Source: an uncultured delta proteobacterium
Lineage (GTDB): Bacteria > Myxococcota_A > Polyangia > Fen-1088
Direction of reading: 5' to 3'
DNA: 64,000 bases
Assembly (NCBI GenBank): GCA_963767925.1
Contig: CAVYGB010000010.1
Coordinates: 1,344,001 to 1,408,000, forward strand
Numbering within the stretch: the first letter of the stretch is position 1; every line of letters starts with the position of its first letter. The position numbers and the translations under genes were made by a program. The notes beneath the pieces are model-generated. The model made no database searches. It saw nothing but the letters and a program-made list of their open reading frames with translations, and had not been told where the DNA came from. Positions 9,405-17,804 of the stretch are shown here, in pieces.

Positions 9405-11357
9405 ATGTGCCGAGCGACAGGAACGGGGTATCACGGGGAGACCGCACGCCGGCGACGGGCAGGCGGGGCCTGGATCGGGCTGGCGGCCCTGGCCGCCGCC
9501 CTGGGCGCGTGCGGAGGATCGAGCGCCGAGCCCGAGCCGGAACCGGGGGTGCCACCGCCGATGACCGGCTGGGGGGACGCCACCGTCTTCGGGGGGGGCG
9601 TGCTCCGGTACGAATTCACCCTCGAGCCGGCCGCGTTCGACCAGCTCATCGCCACCGCCGCCGCCGAGCGCTACGTGCCCGCGACGTTGACCGTCTCGGG
9701 CGAGCCGGTGGGGATGGTGGGGCTGCGCTTCAAGGGCTCGGACGGGACGCTGACCCCTTGCTTCGAGAACGGGCGCCAGGTCTGCGCCAAGGCCTCCTTC
9801 AAGGTGCGCTTCGATTTCGTCGATCCCGCCCGGCGGTTCCAGGCGCTGTCCCGGCTCAACTTCCACTCGATGATCGATGATCCGACGCTGCTGCACGAGC
9901 GGCTCAACGCCAAGTTCTTCGCCGACATGGAGATCCAGGCCCCCCGCGTCTCGCACGCCGAGCTCACCGTCAACGGCGAGAACAAGGGCCTGTTCGCGGT
10001 TGTCGAGGAGGTCGATCAGGTGTTCGTCCAGGACCGCTGGAAGGGCAACGGCAACCTCTACAAGGAGGCCTGGCCCAACGACGTCGATGCCGACGCCTAC
10101 GCCGACGCCCTCGAGACCAACACCAGCGCGCCCAACCACAGCGGCATGGTGGCCTTCGCCCAGGGGCTGACCACCGCCCAGCCGGCCGAGCTGCCGGGCG
10201 TGCTCAACCACTTCGCCGACGTCGACTACCTGCTGCGCTACCTGGCGGTCGACCGGGCCATCTCGAACTACGACGGCTTCACCACGTTTTACTGCGACGA
10301 CCTCGGCCACGGCTGCAGCAACCACAACTACTACTGGTACCAGTCGGAGGGGGAGACACGCTTCTGGCTCGTCCCCTGGGACCTGGGCGACTCGCTCGCC
10401 CTGCAGACGCCGATGGATCCCGTGCCCGACTGGGACCGCCCGCCGGCGAGCTGCGACCTGCGCTTCCGCATCGAGGGGGCGGTGTTGATGCCGGCCGCCT
10501 GCGACCCGCTGTTCGCCGCTCTGCGGGGGGTGGGGCGGGGCGCGTTCGTCGGCGCGCTCGACCGCCTGCTCGCGGTCTGGGACATGAGCGCCCTCTACCG
10601 CCAGATCGACGCCTGGACCGCGGAGATCGGCGACGCCGTCGCCCGGGACGGCACCCTGGCCGGAGCGGTGAGCTGGAAGTCGGCGGTGCGGGCGCTCAAG
10701 CGGGACTTGCTGGCGCTGCGCGAGCGCATCGAGAGCAACCGCGAGGGCCTGACCCCCACCCCCTTCGCGCTGGCCGCCCCCGGGGTCACCGACTTCGAGG
10801 GCACCACCGCGCTGGGGTTCTTGCTGACGACGACGAGCGAGAGCAACCTGCGCAGCGGGGCCATCCACGACCTCAACCGGCGGGGCCCCCTGGGCGGCGG
10901 CGCCGACGCCCGCCTGGACTTCGAGCTGCGCAACGACAGCAGCGACGTGGCCACGGGCGCCTTCACCCAGTGGGCCAACATGACCTTGCCCCTGGCGGGG
11001 CCCACCGATCTCGGCGGCCTCCGCCGGATCCGGCTGCGCCTGGCGGCCGACAACCTGCGCTCGGTCCGCCTCGAGATCGCCGGCCCCGGCTACGCCGACC
11101 CGGAGAACGACGACCGCTACGGCTGGCCGCTGCTGGCCAGCAACAGCGGCCAGACCTACACCCTCGAGGTGGCCGACCTGGCCCTGGCCGACGGCAACCG
11201 CCAGGGCTCGGTGCCGGTGGCCCGCGTGCTGGCCGCCATCTCCAGCCTCATCCTCACCCCCGACGCCCGCGGCCGCAGCGAGGCGGGCCTGCTGCCCGCC
11301 GGCGGGGCGGACGTCGGCTTCGTGCAGATCGACGACATCTCCTTCGAGATGGAGTGA
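9405..11357 (+). CDS. CotH kinase family lipoprotein with C-terminal beta-sandwich domain
   Basis: LGAC lipobox; VGLRFKG, KASFKVRFD, GLFAVVEEVD, NYDG...NHNYYWY and PWDL motifs of the CotH family. Confidence 0.85.
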   Translation: MCRATGTGYHGETARRRRAGGAWIGLAALAAALGACGGSSAEPEPEPGVPPPMTGWGDATVFGGGVLRYEFTLEPAAFDQLIATAAAERYVPATLTVSGEPVGMVGLRFKGSDGTLTPCFENGRQVCAKASFKVRFDFVDPARRFQALSRLNFHSMIDDPTLLHERLNAKFFADMEIQAPRVSHAELTVNGENKGLFAVVEEVDQVFVQDRWKGNGNLYKEAWPNDVDADAYADALETNTSAPNHSGMVAFAQGLTTAQPAELPGVLNHFADVDYLLRYLAVDRAISNYDGFTTFYCDDLGHGCSNHNYYWYQSEGETRFWLVPWDLGDSLALQTPMDPVPDWDRPPASCDLRFRIEGAVLMPAACDPLFAALRGVGRGAFVGALDRLLAVWDMSALYRQIDAWTAEIGDAVARDGTLAGAVSWKSAVRALKRDLLALRERIESNREGLTPTPFALAAPGVTDFEGTTALGFLLTTTSESNLRSGAIHDLNRRGPLGGGADARLDFELRNDSSDVATGAFTQWANMTLPLAGPTDLGGLRRIRLRLAADNLRSVRLEIAGPGYADPENDDRYGWPLLASNSGQTYTLEVADLALADGNRQGSVPVARVLAAISSLILTPDARGRSEAGLLPAGGADVGFVQIDDISFEME

Positions 11358-11370
11358 GCGCGCGCGCCGC

Positions 11371-11405
11371 TTGACGGCGCATCGGCAAAGTTCTACTTTG
11401 TAGAA
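11371..11405 (+). promoter_or_regulatory. sigma70-type promoter of padR overlapped by palindromic operator
   Basis: TTGACG (11371-76), 17-bp spacer, TACTTT (11394-99); perfect palindrome TTCTAC-TTT-GTAGAA at 11391-11405, 3 bp before the GTG start. Confidence 0.75.
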
Positions 11406-11408
11406 GAA

Positions 11409-11750
11409 GTGCTGAAGGAGGACATCCCCGGCTCGTTCGAGCAGCTGGTCCTGCTGGCGGTCCTGCGGCTGGGCGACAACGCGTACGGCATGACGGTGCG
11501 CCGGGAGCTGGAGATGCGGACCGGGCAGTCGGTGTCGCTGGGGGCCGTCTACACCACCCTCGAGCGGCTCGAGAAGAAGGGCTACCTCGCCGAGCGCGCC
11601 GCCCCGGGGGGGCCGGAGCGGGAGGGGCGGGCCCGCCGCCTGTTCAGCGTCCATGGGGCCGGGGTGGAGGCCCTGCGCCGGGCCCTCGACGTGCTCGATC
11701 GGATGCGGGTCGGCCTGCCCGAGCTGCGCCCGGTGGGGGCCCGCCGGTGA
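11409..11750 (+). CDS. PadR family transcriptional regulator
   Basis: FEQLVLLAVLRLGDNAYGMTVRRELE...SLGAVYTTLERLEKKGY...GRARRLF; stop overlaps the next start (GTGA). Confidence 0.92.
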   Translation: MLKEDIPGSFEQLVLLAVLRLGDNAYGMTVRRELEMRTGQSVSLGAVYTTLERLEKKGYLAERAAPGGPEREGRARRLFSVHGAGVEALRRALDVLDRMRVGLPELRPVGARR

Positions 11751-12778
11751 CGGCGCCCGAGTCGGGACCGGAGCTGTGGGCCCGGCTTCCGCTCGGGAGA
11801 CTGCTGCAGCGGGTGCTGCGGCTGCTGCTGGCCGCCGACCTCCGCGAGGTGTTCCTCGGCGACCTGATAGAGGAGGGCCACCTCCGGCTGCGGGTGAGCC
11901 CGCCGGCCGAGGTGGCGCGCTGGCTGTGGCGCGAGACCCTGCGCTCCGCCCCCGCGCTGATCGGCTGGCGCCTGCGCCGCTTGCTGGCGCGCGCCCAGCC
12001 GCTGCCGGCGGCGGTGATGTTCGGGCCTCGCGGAGGCCACCGCGGCTGGACCCTGTCGCTCGCCGTCTCGCTGTCGGCGCACGCCCTGGCCTTGCTCGCG
12101 GTGGTGGCCTGGGTGTTCTCGCGGGTCGACGAGCTCGATCCGGCCGATCTGCCGCAGCCGATCGCCATGGACGTCCTCGACGAGGACCGGCCCGCGGAGG
12201 CGGACGAGGTGGCGGGGCCCGCGGGCAACGCCGAGGTGGGCGCCCGCCCGCCGGTCCAGGCCCGGGTGCGGCGGCTCAAGCCGACCCGCCGGCCCGGCCT
12301 GCAGGCGCCGGTGCCGGTCGCCGAGGTGGCCGCCGGCGCCCCCGCCCCCGCCGCGCTGCCAGCCGCGCCCCCGGCGGTCGCGGCGGCGCCAACCGCGGCG
12401 CCCGACCCGGGGGTTCCGGCGGGCCGGTCGGCCCTGCTCACCGCCGGCTTCTCCCCGAGCCTGCGCAAGGGCCCACCGGCCGGCGAGCCGCGCCTGCGCC
12501 TGCCGCCGCGGGTGGGGGAGAAACGCTGCCTCTCCTGCCCCTCGCCGCAGCTCCCCCACCCCTACGCCCGCCTCGGCATCGGGCAAGAGATGCTGGTGCA
12601 GGCCTGCGTGAACGTGCGGGGCGAGGTCAGCTCGGCCAAGGTGCTGCGCGGGTTCGACCCGGTCGTCGACGCCAAGGTGGTCGAGACGGTGCGCGGCTGG
12701 CGGATGGCCCCCTTCTCCCTCGATGGGCACCCGGTGCCCTTCTGCTACACGACCCGCTTCCTCTTCACCACCCACTGA
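11747..12778 (+). CDS. TonB-like energy transducer with N-terminal permease-prefix/HAAS-like domain
   Basis: N-terminal LRLLLAADLREVFLGDLIEE...ARWLWRETLRS; TM segment with TonB-like SLSAHALALL; Pro/Ala linker; C-terminal VQACVNVRGEVSSAKVLRG...W...P...G.PVPFC. Confidence 0.75.
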   Translation: MTAPESGPELWARLPLGRLLQRVLRLLLAADLREVFLGDLIEEGHLRLRVSPPAEVARWLWRETLRSAPALIGWRLRRLLARAQPLPAAVMFGPRGGHRGWTLSLAVSLSAHALALLAVVAWVFSRVDELDPADLPQPIAMDVLDEDRPAEADEVAGPAGNAEVGARPPVQARVRRLKPTRRPGLQAPVPVAEVAAGAPAPAALPAAPPAVAAAPTAAPDPGVPAGRSALLTAGFSPSLRKGPPAGEPRLRLPPRVGEKRCLSCPSPQLPHPYARLGIGQEMLVQACVNVRGEVSSAKVLRGFDPVVDAKVVETVRGWRMAPFSLDGHPVPFCYTTRFLFTTH

Positions 12779-12825
12779 GCGGGCGACGCCAGAAGAACGC
12801 GAGCGGCTCTTTTCGTGGACACAAA

Positions 12826-12840
12826 TTCTACATTGTAGAA
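12826..12840. promoter_or_regulatory. second copy of the putative PadR operator
   Basis: TTCTAC-ATT-GTAGAA, 14/15 identical to 11391-11405, directly upstream of the GGAGG RBS of exbB. Confidence 0.75.
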
Positions 12841-12859
12841 ACAAGTGGAGGCCAACATC

Positions 12860-13570
12860 ATGATGAAGTTCACCCTCGTCGATCTCTGGAGCAGCATGGG
12901 CCCCATCCCCAAGGGGGTCGTGATCCTCCTGCTCGGGATGTCGATGTTCTCGCTCGCCATCAGCATCGAGCGGGCCCTGGCCTTCCGGCGCGGGCGGCGC
13001 CACTCGCGCGGCTACCTCGGGGCGCTGCTGCCGCTTGTGTCGGCGCCGGGGCGGCTGCGGGAGGCGGCGGGGCTGGATGGGCCCTGGCGGGCCAGCCCGG
13101 TGGCGCGGGTGATCGCCAGCGGGATCAACGAATACGTGCGCAGCATGGCCCGGCTGGGGGCACGGGCCGGCGAGCCGGGGCAGATCGAGCTGGTGGTCGA
13201 GGGGGTCGGGCGGTCGATGGAGCGGGTCAAGGAGCGGGAGCTGATGAACCTGCGGCGGGGGTTGCCGGGGCTGGCGACCGTGTCGTCGTCCGCGCCCTTC
13301 GTGGGGCTGCTGGGGACGGTGTTCGGGATCATCACCGCGTTCAGCAAGATGGCCGATCCGAGCGCGGGGGGTGGGCTGGCCGCTGTGTCGGGCGGGATCG
13401 CGGAGGCGCTGTTGACCACGGCGGTGGGGCTCACGGTCGCGATCGTGTCGGTGTGGTTCTACAACTTCTTCGTCAACAAGGTGGACCACGTCACGGTGGA
13501 CGTCGACGAGACCGCCGGCGAGGTCCTCGACTGCATGATCCGCGAGGGGGAAACCGCCGCCGCCCGATAG
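12860..13570 (+). CDS. exbB: MotA/TolQ/ExbB proton channel family protein
   Basis: LATVSSSAPFVGLLGTVFGIITAF and VSGGIAEALLTTAVGLTVAI motifs; GGAGG RBS before ATG 12860. Confidence 0.88.
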   Translation: MMKFTLVDLWSSMGPIPKGVVILLLGMSMFSLAISIERALAFRRGRRHSRGYLGALLPLVSAPGRLREAAGLDGPWRASPVARVIASGINEYVRSMARLGARAGEPGQIELVVEGVGRSMERVKERELMNLRRGLPGLATVSSSAPFVGLLGTVFGIITAFSKMADPSAGGGLAAVSGGIAEALLTTAVGLTVAIVSVWFYNFFVNKVDHVTVDVDETAGEVLDCMIREGETAAAR

Positions 13571-13587
13571 GGCACGCCCGGGGGAAT

Positions 13588-13929
13588 CTAGGAGGTGACG
13601 AAGGTGCGGAGGCGGAGGCAGAGGTTGCTGATGCCGTAACCGTCGAGGAGGACGTCGGTGATGGTGTCGGGCTGGAGCAGGGGGGCGATGTGGACGGGGA
13701 CCGATTGTTCGTGGACGACCACGCCCCCCTGGCTGCAGCTCGAGCAAGGAAGGTTCCAGATGCGGCCGCTGCCCCGGCAGGCGGGACAGACCTCGAAGAC
13801 CGGCACCCCGATGCGGAGGACGACCCCGTTGCGGGCCTCATCGGGGCTGAGGGCCACGTCGATCTGGAGGGGCTCTCTCGGGGAGACCCCCATTGCCTGG
13901 CGCCCCGTCTTCCGCTCCCCAGTTTCCAT
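13588..13929 (-). CDS. small DnaJ-type zinc-finger protein without a J domain
   Basis: IDVALSPDEARNG...CPACRGSG...CSSCSQGG; GGGAGGG RBS before ATG 13929; no HPD motif. Confidence 0.6.
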   Translation of the reverse strand: METGERKTGRQAMGVSPREPLQIDVALSPDEARNGVVLRIGVPVFEVCPACRGSGRIWNLPCSSCSQGGVVVHEQSVPVHIAPLLQPDTITDVLLDGYGISNLCLRLRTFVTS

Positions 13930-14257
13930 CGTCCCTCCCGCTACCCTCATCATCTATGGCCCGCAGAGCCCCGATGGGTCAACCGGGGCGGCACCCGATT
14001 ATCCCGACGGTCCCCCCCCCGGTACGACAGTCGCCCCCGTCGCCGCCGGTCCCATCGACAGCGCCCGCGTCCTCGATGGCCCTCCGCTCCTGGAGATGGT
14101 CCGCACGTCGGACCATCCCACTACCGGACGCGGTTGTCCGATATCGGAGGGCGTCCGAGACCTACACACCTGAACGCAGCTCCGCGCGCGCGGTGGCGCT
14201 TCTGTTGTCCGAGCGGCAACGGAACCGAAACCGGCAGCCCGCCAGACTGATCGGGTG

Positions 14258-14273
14258 TGGCAATGGAATTGCC
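14258..14273 (+). promoter_or_regulatory. candidate sigma54 -24/-12 promoter
   Basis: TGGCAATGGAATTGCC, GG-N10-GC spacing. Confidence 0.4.
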
Positions 14274-14437
14274 GTCCCGGGAAGAAAAACGCCGAAAAGG
14301 ACCAACGGCCGTCGCCGAGGCGGTGTGTATCAGAGGACCCACCACGGCGACCGCCGGTGAGGTGGATCGAGGCTCCCTTTCAGCGGAATGAACGCGGGGG
14401 GCGATCGTTCAGGGACCGCGCAGAGTCTCGGAACGAG

Positions 14438-14453
14438 CGGCACGCCCTGTGCT
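14438..14453 (+). promoter_or_regulatory. candidate sigma54 -24/-12 promoter
   Basis: CGGCACGCCCTGTGCT, GG-N10-GC spacing, about 45 bp before GTG 14499. Confidence 0.45.
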
Positions 14454-14498
14454 TGGATCCCATTCGTCGTCCGCAAACCCGAACCAGAAGGTGCGATC

Positions 14499-15215
14499 GT
14501 GACCAGCAAGAGCCCCGCCCCCACCGGCCCGCGCCGCCGCAGTCCCCGACCGGCCCGCCGGCCGAGGTTGGCCCTGGCATGCGCGGTATCACTCGCCTGC
14601 CATCTCGTCGCGGTCACCTTGCTCGCCAGCCGGGGGACGCCGGCCCGGGCGACCGCGACGCTCGACGGGGCGATCTCCGTATACCCCAACGCCTCGCTCG
14701 AGAGCGGACGGGCCTCCGAGTCGCAGCCGCCCTCCATCAAAACCCCCAGCCCGCCCCGGCCCGTCCAGAAGGCGACCCGCCCGACCCGACCGCGGGTGCG
14801 CCCGACGCGTCCGACCCGCGTGGCCGTCGCGCCCGCGCCCGCGCTCCTGCCACCGCCCGCGCCGGCGGGGCTCACGGCGACCACGCCGGGCAACGGCATC
14901 GCGCCCCAGGCCCCGCCCGCCCGGCGCGCGGAGCCGGTGCGGGTGGGTCACGGCGTCGCCCGATCGCTGCGCATCTTCGACTCCTTCCCCCGCATGCCGG
15001 AGGTGCTCCGCTTGCAGCAGCGGAACGAGGCGGTGGACGTCGAGATCTGCGTGTCGGCGCAGGGATCGGTCCGCGACGTTCGGCTGCGGGGCGCCTCCGA
15101 GGCGCTGGCGAGGATCCTGCGCGAGGCGCTCTTCACCTGGCGCTACCGGCCGCTCATTCAGGCCGATGGCCCCGTGCCGTTCTGTCACGATCTGCGGCTG
15201 ACCTACCGCTCGTGA
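14499..15215 (+). CDS. second TonB-like protein (TM anchor, Pro-rich linker, TonB C-terminal-like domain)
   Basis: LACAVSLACHLVAVTLL TM segment; VEICVSAQGSVRDV...WRYRP...G.VPFC, similar to the C-terminus of 11747-12778. Confidence 0.7.
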   Translation: MTSKSPAPTGPRRRSPRPARRPRLALACAVSLACHLVAVTLLASRGTPARATATLDGAISVYPNASLESGRASESQPPSIKTPSPPRPVQKATRPTRPRVRPTRPTRVAVAPAPALLPPPAPAGLTATTPGNGIAPQAPPARRAEPVRVGHGVARSLRIFDSFPRMPEVLRLQQRNEAVDVEICVSAQGSVRDVRLRGASEALARILREALFTWRYRPLIQADGPVPFCHDLRLTYRS

Positions 15216-15454
15216 GTCACGACCGTTGAAATTGCGACGTGACTCGGTGGCTTGCGCGCCGCTCAGGTAACCCGCTCCCGTCGCGTTGGTTACCGGCGCC
15301 CGATGAAAGCGCGGCGTAAGTCAGGGCCTACCCTCTGGACTCTTGCGTCGCCGGGATCAAAAGTCGACTCGGGGACCGATTCTTCATCCCTCCGTGTGAC
15401 TCCGGGGACGGTTTCTAGAATACTTGTGTGGTCCACGGTGTGGGGAGGAGCGCA

Positions 15455-15829
15455 ATGGGTATGAAGACGGTTCTGGTGGTCGAGGATGACCTCGACGTTC
15501 GCGATCTGCTGCAAGACTACCTGGAGGCGAAAGGGTTCGACGTGGTCCCGGCTGGCACCGGCAAGCAGGCGCTCGACTTCCTGCTGGCGAAAGGGGCAGC
15601 GCCGCCCGACATCGTCATCCTCGATCTCATGATGCCGCTGGTGAACGGCTGGCAGGTGCTCGAGCAGATGCGCAACCATCCCGTGCTCGCCGAGATCCCG
15701 GTGGTGGTGCTGACCGCCGCCACCAGCGACAAGCCGACCGGCGCCAACGTCATCGTCCGCAAACCGTTCCACCCCGATTTTCTGGTGGAGACGATGCGCG
15801 GCTACCTCGACAACCGGGCCCAGGTGTAG
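15455..15829 (+). CDS. single-domain response regulator (CheY-like receiver)
   Basis: VLVVEDD, VILDLMMP, VVVLTA and RKPF motifs; GGAGGAG RBS. Confidence 0.92.
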   Translation: MGMKTVLVVEDDLDVRDLLQDYLEAKGFDVVPAGTGKQALDFLLAKGAAPPDIVILDLMMPLVNGWQVLEQMRNHPVLAEIPVVVLTAATSDKPTGANVIVRKPFHPDFLVETMRGYLDNRAQV

Positions 15830-15843
15830 CGGCGGCGGCGCGA

Positions 15844-17133
15844 TCAGCGCCGCAGGGCCACCACGCCTCCTTTCATCACGAACACCGGCTGCTCCAGCAC
15901 CCGGATGTTCGTGAGGGGATCGCCCTTCACGGCGATCAGATCGCCGAAGTAGCCCTTCGCGAGTCCCCCGATCTTCCCCTCCAGGCGCAGCAGGCGAGCG
16001 TTGACCACGGTGGCCGACTGGATCGCCTGCAGCGGCGTCATGCCCGCCTCCACGTAGATCGCGAGCTGGCGGGCATTGCTGCCGTGGGCCTGCACGCCCG
16101 AGTCGGTGCCGTAAGCGAGCGACAGCCGCGCCGCCACCGCCCGCTTCAGCGAGGCCATCTTCATGGTGTAGACCTCGCGCGACTTCTGGAGCTGGTAGCT
16201 GGTGTAGCCACCGCTGCCGCCCCGCTCGCCCATGATGAGGTTGGTGACGGGGTTCATCACCAGGAAGGTGCCGCTCTTGCGGACGGCTGCGATGGCCTCG
16301 TCGTCCATCATGGAGGCGTGCTCGATCGAGCGGGCGCCAGCCCGGGCCGCCCGCACGATCCCCAGGGTGCCGTGGGCGTGCACCGCCACGTCGCGCCCCT
16401 TCTCCCGGGCGGCCTGCACGCCCGCCCGCAGCTCCTCCTCGGTGTAGTCGCACTGGCGAGGGTCGGTCCCGAAGGAGGTGACGCCGCCGGTGGCGAGCAT
16501 CTTGATCCAGTCGGCCCCGTATTTGATGTTCTCCCGCACCTTGCCCCGGACCGCGTCCGGCCCGTCGGCGATGGCGGTGTAGCGGTGCACCTCGATGTCG
16601 GGTGGAAGGGCGTTGTCGTCGCCGTGCCCGCCGGTCGCCGAGACGCTCTTGACCGCGACGAGCAGGCGCGGCCCCGGCACCCGCCCCCCGGCGATGGCGT
16701 CCCGCAGAGCCACGTCGACCAGATCGCGGCTGCCGAGGTCGCGCACGGTGGTGAACCCGCTCTCGAGCACGCGCCGGGCGTTGGCCGCCCCCTCCAGCGC
16801 CGCCCGGGCCGCCGTCTCCCGCCGCCGCTCATCGGGGCTCTGCTCCTCGCCCCCCGTCAGATGGACGTGGGCATCGATCAGCCCCGGCAACAGGGTCACG
16901 TCCCCCAGATCGATGTCGACCGCCTGCCCCGCCTGGTGCGTCCCCACCTCGACCACCACCCCCTTCTCGATCCGCACCAGCGGCCGCACCAGCACCTTGC
17001 CGCTGGCCACATCGAGCCCGCGCGCCGCCGTCACCGTGACAGCCCGCGCCGAACCGGCCCAGGCGACGACGACGGCGACCCCGAGCAGCCCTCCGAGCCG
17101 ACGGAGCTGGAAAGAGTCAGCGCGTATCATCAT
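15844..17133 (-). CDS. exported metal-dependent amidohydrolase (Xaa-Pro dipeptidase-like)
   Basis: PGLIDAHVHL, WIK, VHAHG, SIEH and GTDSG motifs; signal peptide ending SARA. Confidence 0.88.
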   Translation of the reverse strand: MMIRADSFQLRRLGGLLGVAVVVAWAGSARAVTVTAARGLDVASGKVLVRPLVRIEKGVVVEVGTHQAGQAVDIDLGDVTLLPGLIDAHVHLTGGEEQSPDERRRETAARAALEGAANARRVLESGFTTVRDLGSRDLVDVALRDAIAGGRVPGPRLLVAVKSVSATGGHGDDNALPPDIEVHRYTAIADGPDAVRGKVRENIKYGADWIKMLATGGVTSFGTDPRQCDYTEEELRAGVQAAREKGRDVAVHAHGTLGIVRAARAGARSIEHASMMDDEAIAAVRKSGTFLVMNPVTNLIMGERGGSGGYTSYQLQKSREVYTMKMASLKRAVAARLSLAYGTDSGVQAHGSNARQLAIYVEAGMTPLQAIQSATVVNARLLRLEGKIGGLAKGYFGDLIAVKGDPLTNIRVLEQPVFVMKGGVVALRR

Positions 17134-17229
17134 GGCCTCCTTCAGGCTTCGATAACACGAACCCGGAACGCCGCGCGAAGTTCCACGCCAGGAGGAGACC
17201 GGAGGGGCGCACGTCCCCACCGCGAGCGT

Positions 17230-17804
17230 TCAGGGTGTGCCACCGTCGGGGCAGGCGGGCAACACGAGCCCCGGGAGCTTGCCGGCGATCCCCTGCAGCA
17301 GCGCCCGCTCGGCCGATCGCCCCGAGCACACCTCCCGTCCGAGGCTCTCCGCGAAGAGCTGACTGGAGTATGGGCTGGTCTGCTCGACAACCGAGAGCCA
17401 GCCGCCCAGGTAGTCGGCGAGCCGGGTGTCGCGACTCTGGTCCCCGAAGCGGGCAAGGCTCGACCTGAATCCCCAGGACGTCCGTCCACTTCTTCGCCCC
17501 CAGCGTCGCCCGCTCGACGGCGGCGAGATCCGGAATTCGATCCACGTCCGGCACCATGTCCAGGTGCACGCAGCCTGGGAATGCGCCGAGGGCTCTGAGC
17601 GGCCACGGCAGCGGCTGCCGGGGGCGCGGCCGCCGGGCGCGCCTGCGTGCAGGCGCGGACAACCCGCCCGGCGCCCCAGCCGATCCCGAACGCGAAGGCC
17701 GCCATCAGCACGACGGCCAAGAGGCGCGGGCGCGTCCTGCCGTCAACGTGGGGACGCAGCTTCCCCTCCCTCACGGCGGGCACGCCGGACGCCGGCCCGC
17801 TCAT
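17230..17804 (-). pseudogene. frameshifted membrane-anchored hypothetical protein, paralog of the upstream gene
   Basis: Three frames: N-terminal TM (LLAVVLMAAFAFGIGWG), middle (LDMVPDVDRIPDLAAVERATL...), C-terminal (DYLGGWLSVVEQTSP...VCSG...TGA 17230). Breaks near 17590 and 17460 may be sequencing errors. Confidence 0.5.

Noticed and set aside
15216..15454. Long leader before the response regulator as a possible riboswitch or ncRNA
   Set aside because: No conserved riboswitch motif recognisable by eye; an Rfam/Infernal scan would be needed.
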